64,000 bases of DNA from Eledone cirrhosa (taxonomy: Eukaryota), in the NCBI GenBank assembly GCA_964016885.1, contig OZ024742.1, positions 355,570,001 to 355,634,000 of the forward strand. The letters are read 5' to 3'. This document shows, piece by piece, positions 26,456 through 39,000 of the stretch. Every line of letters begins with the position of its first letter. The stretch's first letter is position 1. Position numbers and translations under genes: made by a program. The notes beneath the pieces were generated by a model. That model had not been told where the DNA came from. It saw only the letters and a program-made list of their open reading frames with translations, and searched no databases.

Positions 26456-26653
26456 TTACGTATGCATACTTATATTTAAGTATCGGCCGTACTAAGAGTG
26501 AGAAATGAAATTTCATTTCATTGTTTTCCATTTATCGTTTTCGGTACGCCCGGCCGACTAACTCACCCGATATGCAAATTAGGCTGCTCAGCCGTTAATA
26601 TGCATAAGGAAAGTATATACTTTCAAACGTTCAATCATCTGACAGGAAGGTAT

Positions 26654-26700
26654 ACGGTGTTGAGGATAGGTAATAGGCTTGAAAGTAGTTCATTCATCGT
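26654..26700 (+). ncRNA. Degenerate hammerhead copy
   Basis: acggtg TTGAGGA taggtaataggctt GAAA gtagtt cattcatcgt, with core and stems mutated. Confidence 0.45.
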
Positions 26701-27086
26701 CCCTCTCTCAGTGTTGAACAAAATGGCGACTATTTTTGCCGAACACTGTACGGCTTAATTTCGGGCTCTTTGTTTTCAAACAAACCGAACATTATAATAA
26801 ATGTTTGGTAAACCCATACGTACATATATATATGTGTGCATGTATGTATATATATACATAAAACTGTATGTATTTATATATATATGTATGTACGTATACA
26901 TACTTATATTTAAATATCAGCCGTACTGAGAGTGAGACATGAAATGTCATTTCATTCTTTTCCATTTATCGTTTTCGGTACGTCCGGCCGTTTAACTCAC
27001 TCGATATGCAAATTAGGCTGCTCAGCCGTTAATATGCATAAGCAAAGTATATACTTTCAAACGTTCAATCATCTACAGGAAGGTAT

Positions 27087-27129
27087 ACGGTGCTGATGAT
27101 AGCTAATAAGCTTGAAACTAGTTCATCGT
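27087..27129 (+). ncRNA. Type I hammerhead ribozyme, canonical core
   Basis: Stem I acggtg/catcgt, CUGAUGA 27093-27099, stem II agct-aata-agct, GAAA 27114-27117, palindromic stem III actagt. Predicted cleavage after GUU at 27123. Confidence 0.9.
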
Positions 27130-27683
27130 TCGTTTGTCAGTGCCGAAATAAATGGCAACGAGAGTTGCCAAACACTGTACGGCTTAATTCGGGCTGTTTG
27201 TTTATCAACAAACTTAACATTATAATAAATGTTGCGTAAACCCATGCGTACATATATATATGTGTGCATGTATGTGTATATATATATATATATACATACT
27301 ACTGTATGTCTGTATATATATATGTATGTACGTATACATACTTAGATTTTAGTATCAGCCGTACCGTTCCATTGTTATTGTTGAACAAAATGGCAACGAT
27401 GGTTGCCGAAAACTGTACGGCTTAATTCGAGCTGTTTGTTTACAAACAAACCGAACATTATAATAAATGTTCGGTAAACGCATACGTACATATATATATA
27501 TATATATATGTGCATGTATGTATATATATACATACTACTGTATGTCTGTATATATATATATATATGTATGTACGTATACATAATTATATTTATATATATA
27601 TCTTTGAAAAAAAGAAAATAATGATTTCATTTGTAAATTTTAACAATTTAATTTCATATTATCATAATTATACAATTTGGTTT

Positions 27684-27748
<65 letters not shown>

Positions 27749-28081
27749 GAAGTGAGCGTAAATTGATAGAAATCCATTCGGTAACCGTTTAGATTATTAC
27801 TTATGTATAAGTTATATACAATGCAACATACCTCAATCTTTCGGACTGGTTGGCTTTTTTTCATTAAGTAAGAGATCGTATGGTATAAATGAAGAAAAAA
27901 ATGATCGAAAGAGGAACTCAAATTGGATAACTTTCTCGGGATTTATCAGCATCGTTTAATTGGCCTGCTATTATTGTAGTGAATTGATCAGCAAATTATT
28001 GTTATGTTTTCTATGAAAAATAATTAGCACTCAACGGCTAATTTCAACAAACATTTTAACAGATTCTACATACTTCACGTG

Positions 28082-28215
28082 AAGGCGCATGGCTTATGGG
28101 TTAGAGAATTGGTCGAAATGTTGTGAGTTCAATTCTCCGACCGGGTTATGTGTTTTTTCCTTGAGCAAGACACTTTATTTTACGTTGCTCCAGTTTACTC
28201 AGCTGTAGAAATGAG
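28082..28215 (+). mobile_element. SINE family 2 (CORE-like)
   Basis: ggcgcatggcttatgggttag, gagttcaattc, ccttgagcaagacacttta...ctcagctgtagaaatgag. Confidence 0.75.
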
Positions 28216-28939
28216 ATGATAGGACTGGAGTCGCTATCATTATATCACCCAAAACATCTCCAACGAGATATACCTTGGAGGAGGCCAGCTAAAACCTGCA
28301 TAGATGTGAGCTGTAACAACAACATACTTCACATGTAAAACAGCAACTCCACTGTTTTTTGCTGATTTATATTCCTGAAAAGAATCCGTAGTGTATGCTG
28401 AAGTTATTCCTATGACCTTGGGTGATATCTACCTAAAGTTTTATCTTCTATCGGGTTACCATTAGAGGAACTTCATTTACCTACTGGGGTTGATATTTTT
28501 CAATGTTGATTGATTAAAATACTTATACAGTACTTATAAAGTGTCACTCTTCTGTTCTATATCATGCATCTTATATCAAGTAGAGTTTGTGTATGATTAT
28601 ATTAAATGAGCAGTTCCTGATTCTTTGTTTTCTTATTCTTTTTCCGTATACCCTAGACAGGCCGTATGACACTATGGTGTCTCTACAACTCTCTCAGAGG
28701 CTACGGCAACATCCGTCAACTGTTTTTCGTACATCCCTCAAACGTAATACATAATTGTAAGAAACACGCAAGTATGTATAAAGATACAGTTTTATGAATC
28801 ATAAGGTATGATATGAAATATTTCTTTGAAATATTTCCTGAAATATTTTTGCGATACATATTAATAGTGAAGTTAAATTGTCTCTTGGCCATGTTCACGA
28901 ATGATAGATTGCTCGAGAGTGAAGTGCAAGATTTACATG

Positions 28940-29461
28940 AGCTAGTGCAGTAATGCACCAGTTTCAGCATTCGGTAATGAGATGTAGTGGAGTAGGTGTC
29001 AAAGCAAAGCTCACTATCTTAAATTCGGTATTCGTGCGAATCCTTAAATATGGTCATAAAACTTGGGTAATGACAGAAAGAATACGATCACAAATAAAAG
29101 CGGCCAAAATGGGGTTCCATCGAAGGATCTTTGGAGTAACATTACTCGATAGAATGTGTAGCTCGGAGACCAGAGAATCACTTTAGGTAGTGCCGCTATT
29201 TCTCCGAATTGAGAGATCACCACTCCGATTGTTGGGCATGTGGGTAGAAAGTCTCAGGAAAGCATCGCTGGACAGAGAGTACGGGCAAAATCAACGAGCT
29301 GGAGACCTAGCGGTAGAAACCGAGTCAGATGGCTCGAAAACATCGATGGCTTGGATATTCTTGCCTGGGTATCCAGCCGAATCAGTTGGAGACGGATGCA
29401 TGTGACTGGACCCGCTGGAAGGAGTGTTTGAGGACTCTTTCCCACTCGACCCTCTCAGGTA

Positions 29462-29492
<31 letters not shown>

Positions 29493-29561
29493 AAGAAGAA
29501 GAAGAAGAAGAAGAAGAAGAAGAAGAAGAAGAAGAAGAAGAAGAAGAAGAAGAAGAAGAAG
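28940..29561 (+). mobile_element. 3' portion of an RTE-clade LINE with an (AAG)n tail
   Basis: KAKLTILNSVFVRILKYGHKTW...AAKMGFHRRIFGVTLLDR and RPSGRNRVRW. (AAG)n at 29463-29561 directly follows the 3' end. Confidence 0.82.
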
Positions 29562-30006
29562 AACAAGAAGAATGTACAAACATCTAATTTATCTATGACT
29601 ACTAGCATTTTAATTCAACCTTCATATCATTTATCTTACTGTATTTTATTTGTTTGTAGATCATACTTCACAATCATTTTTATTATCTCTCCTATAGTTC
29701 TGTTTATGCTTCACACCGCATAGCTGTCTCTTTAAGTTGTTTAATGAGCTTGGTTGTGAAAGCATGTTGTTTTCCTATCATAACCTAAATGTTATTATAA
29801 CAATTTACTATTTCATGATTTGATGTTCTGCGCGTGTTATCGTCCAAACTTAAATAGCAATACATAGCTGCTGAATAAATAAACATTAAACCATTCAATA
29901 TATACCGATAAGTGAGAGCATTCGGCAAATAGATATACATGCATATATATATATATATATATACATACACACACAGACACACAGTCACGCACACATATAT
30001 ATATAT

Positions 30007-30109
<103 letters not shown>

Positions 30110-30149
30110 TTAAAACAAAAAACAAAAACAATAACGAAGAATGCAGTAC

Positions 30150-30340
30150 AAAGTGTTATCTCGGGTGCAAACGGGGTTAACCGCAGTAAATAAGGTACTC
30201 AATACATAGCAGAGTATAAATATTTAATATAGAAATGGCCTCTACAGGACTAGAAATGTCTCATTTGGGAGTAATCATCAGGCTTTCTGATGATTTCTCC
30301 CGAATGAAACAGTTCTAGTCCTGTAGAAGCCATTTATATA
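30150..30340 (-). mobile_element. Reverse-oriented relative of the 20011-20195 foldback element
   Basis: Palindrome ~30228-30340 with CTGATGA 30287-30293 and GAAA 30306-30309. The extension gctatgtattgagtacctta is shared with 20135-20155. Confidence 0.8.
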
Positions 30341-30363
30341 TATTATATATATATATATATTTA

Positions 30364-31385
<1,022 letters not shown>

Positions 31386-31651
31386 TATACAACTAGTTTT
31401 AAACTAGTTAGACAATTACTTAACAGTGTACTCGATACTATATTACAAAGAGACGTGTCCCGATGGCAGAGTACTTACCTTCTCAACAGCTTCAATATAT
31501 ATATATATATACTTATATATGTTGGTTGTATATCAACACCTCAGTATGCAGGCTAGAGTACTCGACGAAGTGCGCAGGTTTGTTTGGTTACTCCGGAGTA
31601 AAGTAAAATAAAATTAATTAGTCAAATGTTTAAAATTTGGCTTCGTTTATT

Positions 31652-31706
31652 ACTGCTATTTATATTTCGGCGACAGCCATCTTTGGCTGTGACCTCTTCA
31701 GGCAGT
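31652..31706 (-). ncRNA. Type I hammerhead ribozyme
   Basis: Minus strand reads actgc CUGAAGA gg-tc-acagcc-aaagat-ggctgt-cg-cc GAAA t-ataa-a UA gcagt. Stem I is a perfect 5 bp and the triplet is AUA. Confidence 0.75.
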
Positions 31707-31861
31707 CCGAATTGGTGTGGTAGAGACGGGTACACATGTTGTTGAGGTGTTTAACTTTGTCAATACTCGTATATGCCCAGTTCCTGGTTGGGTTGTTATT
31801 TCACTGAGGAACTGGAATCATATGAATTTAAACAAACGCATTTCAGCGTCAAAGGACATCT

Positions 31862-32225
31862 TCTCCTCCCATTGGTCAGTTGTGAGAACATTCTTCAGTC
31901 AAAAGTCTATAGAAATTCGTTCTGAGACGAGGCAATCTGTAGTGGTTGTTCGTGTTATTGTTAACTACAACTGACCTCTACTCTTATGTTGGTAGTGGTG
32001 CTGGTGTTGGAACCAGCTCAAAAAAATGATAAAGTGGTAGAAGGAATAAGATGGTAAAGGAACAAAATAAAATAAGATAATCAAATAAAATGTATGTGTG
32101 TTATACCCAATCTCAATTTTAGAAATATTTTTAAGGTCACTCCTCCCATTGGTCAGTTTTGAGAGCATTCCTCAGTCAAAGGTCTAGGTGAGGCTATCTG
32201 TAGTGTTTGTTTTCGCTATTGTTAT
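31862..32225. repeat. Direct repeat pair (~31862-31965 and ~32140-32225)
   Basis: ctcctcccattggtcagtt.tgaga.cattc.tcagtcaaa.gtcta...atctgtagtg.ttgtt occurs twice. Confidence 0.8.
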
Positions 32226-32230
32226 ATATA

Positions 32231-32568
32231 TAACAATATATAGTAAGAAACACAGTAAACCGTGTGTCTAAAATTACAAGGGTTGAAAAACCACATATGC
32301 TTGAAATATTTAACCAAGAAGCAGACAGAATGACGAAATGAAGCCCAGGATGATCTGTTACAAACACACTCAGGGCGAAACAGATTAGGGATAATCTGTC
32401 CGAGAGATATAATGGTTATTGAGGCGGTTTGTATTATTTGATAATATATTTTTATTTTCATTTCGTCATTCTGTCTGCTTCTTGGTTAAATATTTCAAGC
32501 ATATGTGGTTTTTCAACCCTTGTAATTTTAGACACACGGTTTACTGTGTTTCTTACTATATATTGTTA
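32231..32568. repeat. Perfect ~110-bp inverted repeat with a half hammerhead in the spacer
   Basis: 32231-32342 pairs with 32457-32568. The spacer has gccc...gggc GAAA cagatta-ggga-taatctg TC. Confidence 0.9.
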
Positions 32569-32626
32569 ATCGGCTAAGTATTTATTTGTACTTTATACTT
32601 AGAGCTTAATGGTTACAGGGTTCTAA

Positions 32627-32710
<84 letters not shown>

Positions 32711-32778
32711 AAACTTTCCAAATATCCCGAAAAAGGGTGAAATCAACAACTGTTTCCGTAACTTTAAAAATGTGCTAA

Positions 32779-33232
32779 TAATTATAATAATAATGCTTTG
32801 TGATTTAGGCACAAAGCCAACAATTTGAAAGGAATGGGATGTCCAAAATGTACACCAGTGTGTCACTGATACTTTATTTTATCGACACCATAGCGATAAG
32901 AGGCAGTGCTAACCACGGCGTGAGTTGTGCCGTTCATCAAAGCACCAGTAACGCACTGGCGTAAATTCAATCGACATTCACCTCTCCCCAAATTACTAGC
33001 CTTGAGCCTATAGTAGGAATCATTATTGTTTAATAAAAGGCGGTGGATTGGCAATATCGGTGGAGGGTCGCACGCCATGATTTCCAGCATAGTTACGTCC
33101 CTTTACGATCTGTGTTCAAATCCAGCCGTGGTTGACTTAGCCTTTCATCCTTACGGGGTCGATAAAATAAAGTACCAGTAATGTACTGGGTATTTGCTGG
33201 CCTTGTGCCTAAAGTAGAAACAGTTATTATTT
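32779..33232. mobile_element. Cluster of SINE family 1 copies (- 32779-32930; + tail ~32940-33030; + full 33039-33232)
   Basis: SINE consensus motifs on both strands. Confidence 0.85.
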
Positions 33233-33387
33233 TAATAAAATGTAGTTTGCTTGAAGTATTGTATATAATATATAACGTTGAAAGAGATAAAAGGCTAACC
33301 AATGCAAATGGACTGTAAGATGAGGTAGCGAAAATTAAAAGTAAGTTACCTGGTAATCTGTGTTTTGTTTGTTGTTGATCTTCCTCT

Positions 33388-33411
33388 TTTCATATATATA
33401 TATGAAGAGAG

Positions 33412-33442
<31 letters not shown>

Positions 33443-33511
33443 AAGAGAGAGATTTTAAGGTGACATACTAATATTTTTTATAATTAGACATATTTCCTTT
33501 CGCATAAATGT

Positions 33512-33552
<41 letters not shown>

Positions 33553-33888
33553 TAAAGGCAAAAGAAAATACTGACAAATTTTTCGCAGTGAAAAATAGTT
33601 TAATTAGGAATAAGTATAAATTAGTAATAAGTAGTGGTTCGTATTCAGTTTTAGTTTTAATGCTTTTCAAAAATAATTTTGAGATAGAGCGCCCGTGCTG
33701 AAAAAACGTAAAACTAAAACTGAATACTAACCAATACTTATTACAAATTTATACTTATTCCTAATTAAACTATTTTTCACTGGGAAAAATTTGTCAGCAT
33801 TTTGTTTTCCTTTTACTAATATATATATAAACACATTTATGCGAAAGGAAATATGTCTAATTATAAAAAAATATTAGTATGTCACCTT

Positions 33889-33982
<94 letters not shown>

Positions 33983-34001
33983 TCTTCATATATATATGAA
34001 A
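33388..34001. repeat. Inverted duplication: a PLE-like fragment (family of 19546-19951) with mirrored flanking DNA including (GA)n/(TC)n
   Basis: 33388-33658 pairs with ~33709-34001. The outer unique segment tttaaggtgacatactaat...taaatgtgttt is mirrored without visible mismatch, while the inner arms are diverged. Confidence 0.9.
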
Positions 34002-35926
34002 TATATACCTGAAATATATATATATATATATTTCAGCTGGATTATCTAAATAGCTAAATATTCACTACATATTACCGTTTTAACTATAAATACATCTTCA
34101 TATTTTTTCATATATCTTGCAAGTAACCTCTCATAATTCCACTGATATTTTTATGTATCTCGAAAGAAATCTTCTGAAATCCTTCGGGGGACCCCGATGC
34201 CTACGTAAATATTCTATCTAGTTTCATATTATGAAAGCTGTATATATACCAGTTATTTCTCCAAATTTACACATAAATAACAATGTTTGAAGATAGTTAA
34301 TTTCTAAAATGTTTGCTTTATATAAATGTGTTATATCAGTTAGATACACTAAAGATTTTTTTTTTCTTCAACATTCATGAAGCTCATAAATTCATCCATG
34401 TTATATGTATTTCCTCAATATGTATTTAATACTAACACCACGGCATGTGTATAAGACATATGTGTATAAGACATATGATAATTGTTTAATCATAAATCGA
34501 ATGTCGATACGAAGCTCCCTCTCTCAGAAATATGTATTTTTTACTGTAATCATTAAATATATCTTACACTACGGTGTTATAAAACTATGTTGATTTCTCT
34601 TCCTATGTTGAGATATTTCGAGCACACTCTCATATATATATATATATATGTGTGTGTATATGTGTGTGTGTGTGTATGTGTGTGTGTGTGTGTATGTGTG
34701 TGTGTGTGTGTGTGTGTGCATGTGTGTGTGGGTGGGCGGGTTTGTGTGCGCACGTGTGTGTGCATACATATAAATGCAAATCACACACAATGACACGCAC
34801 GTACGCACAATTATACATACATATACATATATATATATATATATATGTGTGTGTATGTGTGTGTGTGTGTTTGCGTTAATGCATTTTTGTATATGTGTGC
34901 GTGCGTGTTTATATGTGTTTTGCATTTGTTTGTATGCAAACATATATGTATGAATAAATAAATGTACATCTATATGCATAAGTTCTTCTTTTTCCGTAAT
35001 GTGTAACTTAACTTACATATATAGTGGTTATTTATCTTTGCAAGCAGAGGGGATTTTACTATAGCTGCAAACATCTTTGGACACTAAATTACTTTAGACT
35101 CATTTTTATGTATTATACGACTATAAATGTATCCTCATTTGCAGTTCTGTAAGGTCGAAGACAACTGATGTTTTCTTAATTTATTTTATTTTTCCTGTAC
35201 ATTTAAAAAAACTTTGTTTCTCCTGTTTTCCCCTTCCTTTACCATATATGGTGATCTACTATTTTTCTTCTTGCAAGAAATGTGGCTCTGACAAAAACAA
35301 AATCAATAAACAACAAAAAACATTATTTAGAAATATTTATTTTTTTAACATTTTCCTCTTTTTTTATTCTTCAACTTGTGTAGCTTTGCTTTCTTGCGTT
35401 TGACGTATTTTGCCTGTAAAATACTAAATTACGTTTTGCTCTTTACTTTTAACTTTGTCTATTAAAAGATTTATCAATATTGCTGCTAAATTTTCTTTGC
35501 TTTTCTTGAATATACCAGTTCTATTTTATATATTGAGAGAATATCGTTTTCGTCTAGTTTAGACGAGAGGATTTTTTTATCTTTTGTTTCATTTAGAAAT
35601 TTATTATTCGTCATTTATTTGCGACTGTGAAATTATATTCGTTAATAACGTGAAGAGGTCTTCAATTGACTTCCTCTTGGTTCAATAAACCTGTTAGCCA
35701 TACAAGGTTTAGTGGCATAAAAACAAAACACATTACACATATATCAATAAATACTTACACATATTATCAACAGAAGAAATAGCAACTTAGACTAATAGAC
35801 ATTAAAGCTAAAGAAATGATAAATTTCAAAATGGTGCTAAATTATTTGGGCAGGGTTATTTTATTTATACTCAGAATATACCACAAAATGCCATGAACCG
35901 AATTTCAGATATCGTCTTTTTCCAGA

Positions 35927-35961
<35 letters not shown>

Positions 35962-36089
35962 TAATAATAATAATAATAATTGTAATGCACTGGGTGATTG
36001 CTGGCCTTGTCCCTGGAGTGGAGACAATTATTAATAATTTCATTCTTAAGCCACGCAATGCTCACATTAAGGAACCACTCATGATAATA

Positions 36090-39000
36090 ACAATTTAAAA
36101 AAAACAACAAAAAGAAAACCCCGTGACCAAGAAATACCGGGATGGCGGCAGGCGGGGAATAGCCATGTCTCTAGGGGAGAACGACCCCTCTAGTCTTGGT
36201 TGACACTCGTTCTAGAAGTGGTAACACGAAAAGATTACCCCTTGGCGGATAAGGATAACACGCGACAAAATAAAGTAGATGTCTAATGATGAAATCTCAT
36301 ACCGGATCGGCCGTCACCCGGGTAAAAAAGGGCCGCGTCCCTCAGAGAGGAACCAGACTGGGGTCGAAAAATCAGCTAATGGTTCAAACCTTCCCATTAC
36401 TTCGGAGCTGGAGACCTCCCATAACCGGAATACTCCTACTGTTGGCCCTCCATGCTCACCACCAAGAAATCCAAAGAAAAAGAGAGAAAAATGGTCAAGG
36501 GAAGATAATAAAGAAGTCCTTGAGGCTTTCTACACTGCCATGTACTACCCATCAAATACATCGAATACAGAGCAAACATATATCAACTGGAAAAAGAAAC
36601 ATCCCGAAAACAGAGGCTATATTGACAGTAACAAACTAGCCAATATACGAAGAAATATTGTAAGAAAAAAGTTACTAACTGATATAGAAATTGATCAGAT
36701 CAAGCTAGTAGCACAAAGTCAGCGAAGGGAAAATGAAGCATGTGTCAGTGAAAACGAGGTAAACTGTAACACTTCGAATCCCAGAGTTGGGGCGGAATCA
36801 CTGGCAACAGAACAAATTAAAGAAAGGAGCGAAAAAGTGGAGGGAGTGCATGCTCAGGATGAAACTCCAAATGAAAATAATGAGATCGTAAATGATAAAG
36901 AATTGAATGAGAATGAACTTGCCAACTTGAAGGATGAAATTATGATCGAATGGATGAAAATGAAAGAATCTGACATGGGGGAACGAGACACCCTCCCTAA
37001 GATCCAGAACTCCAAACAGAACCAAAAGATAATACACAAGACTAACATAATTCTCAAAAACATTATCATCACAAACAAAATAAACATTACTGACTTAAAT
37101 CATCTCTATTATGCATCGGCTAAAGTCACCACTCACTTATGTGGAGTGAAGATGAAAAAACAAAGGAATTCCCACAAGAAATCTACTTGGCAAGATAACA
37201 TCAATCGCCAAATAAACCTTCTCCGATCTGACATAGAAATTTTAACAAACTATAAAGTAGGTGAACATGTTAAACAAACTAAACTTAGAAAATTGAAAAA
37301 AAAGTACAGTATAAGATCAACATGTGACATAGATATGCTGATAGAAACAATCAAGCAAAAAGTGTCGGCCAAAGCTGCTCGTATAAGGGGCTTTGAAAAA
37401 CGATCTAGATTCTATAAGGACAATAATATGTTCAAAAACAACCAAAGAAACTTCTACAGAAAAATTGGTAAGTCAACAATAACTGCTAAATCAATACCAC
37501 CCAAGGAGGAAGTGCAAGAATTCTGGGAAAAGATCTGGGCCGAAGAAAAAGTTCATAACATACATGCCCCATGGATAGACAGACAAATGAAAGAAACAGC
37601 TCACCTTGAAGAACAAACATGGGAAAATATAACAGTTGAACAGCTGCGCTTGGCTCTAAGAAAAACCAGCAAATGGAAATCCCCAGGAAAAGACAAAATA
37701 CAAAACTTTTGGATAAATGCCTTCAGAGAGTCTCATGAGCTGTTAGCCCAACTTTACAATGAAATAGTTAAGGAGCCAGAAAAGATACCATCATGGCTAG
37801 TTAACGGCATTACATTCCTGCTACCGAAGAATGATGAGACAAACAATCCCAAAAATTACAGACCGATAACCTGCTTGACCACAATGTATAAAATTTTAAC
37901 ATCAGTCCTAACTGAATACACATATGACCACCTGATAACAAATGACCTATTTCCCATTGAGCAGAAAGGGTGTAAACGAGGCTCATATGGCTGTAAGGAT
38001 CAGCTTCTGGTTAACAAAATGATACTGGAAGATTGTCATAATAGACACAAAAATCTATCGATTGCTTGGATACATTATAAAAAAGCATTTGATAGTTTGC
38101 CACACAGTTGGATTGAAAAATGTTTAGAGATTTTCAAAATATCCCCCGTTGTCAGGAGGTTTTTGTCATTCAGTATGAGGACATGGAGAACGACACTGCT
38201 TTTGAATAGTGAAACAAAATCACTGGAAGCTGGAGAAGTTAACATTAATTGTGGAATTTTTCAGGGTGACTCTTTATCACCGCTTTTATTCTGCATCGCA
38301 CTTACACCATTAAGTAAAATGCTCAATGAAACAAAACATGGATATAGAGTCTATGACAAAACCATTAATCACCTGTTCTACATGGATGACCTGAAACTAT
38401 TTGCAAAAAATGATGAACAATTGCAAGGGCTATTATCCACTGTGAAGCAGTTCAGTGATGACATTAAAATGGAGTTTGGACTGGATAAATGCCCCAAAGC
38501 AACGTTCACCAGAGGAAAGCTGCTGAAGAGTTCAGACATTAATCTTGATCGGGGGAACGTGATAAGAGAGCTTGATCAAGAACAAACTTACAAATATCTA
38601 GGTGTTTGTGAAGGAGACGGAATCAAGCACTCGACAATGAGGGAAAGGATAAGGAAGGAATGTTACCGCAGAGTCAGAGCAATCTTAAGAACTGAATTGA
38701 ATGCAAGGAATAGGATCGATGCCATAAACACGCTTGCCATACCAGTAGTAACCTACAGTTACAATGTCATCAACTGGTCAAGCACAGAGATCCGTAGGCT
38801 CGATACAAAAATCCGAAAATTCTTAACCATGCACAGAATGCATCACCCTAAGGCAGACATAGATAGAATATATCTCCCTAGGAAAGAAGGAGGACGTGGG
38901 TTAATCCAGTTAGACATTGTTTTGAAAACTGCAACAATTGGATTATCCACATATGTAAGGGAATCACATGATTGGATGATCAAACTCGTTTTGAAACACG

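Larger units (their letters stand above)
25263..27580. mobile_element. Hammerhead-containing tandem array (retrozyme-like or non-autonomous PLE): one inverted monomer followed by about 3.5 direct monomers
   Basis: Inverted copy 25263-25720. Direct units start at ~25938, ~26489 and ~26923, with partial units at 25721 and 27375. Each full unit contains ttttccatttatcgttttcggtacg.ccggccg, atatgcaaattagg, a hammerhead, gtttgtttacaaacaaac and a TA-rich microsatellite. Confidence 0.88.

Noticed and set aside
25263-27580. CRISPR-like array or octamer (ATGCAAAT) enhancer cluster
   Set aside because: Units are long and homologous throughout with no unique spacers and no cas genes. The octamer is simply part of the repeated monomer.
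29291-29723. Poly-K, poly-R, poly-F and poly-L ORFs
   Set aside because: They are the (AAG)n tail of an RTE element.
31825-31910. Second minus-strand hammerhead (CTGAAGA ... GAAA tgcg tt)
   Set aside because: Stem I and the NUH triplet cannot be placed in register.
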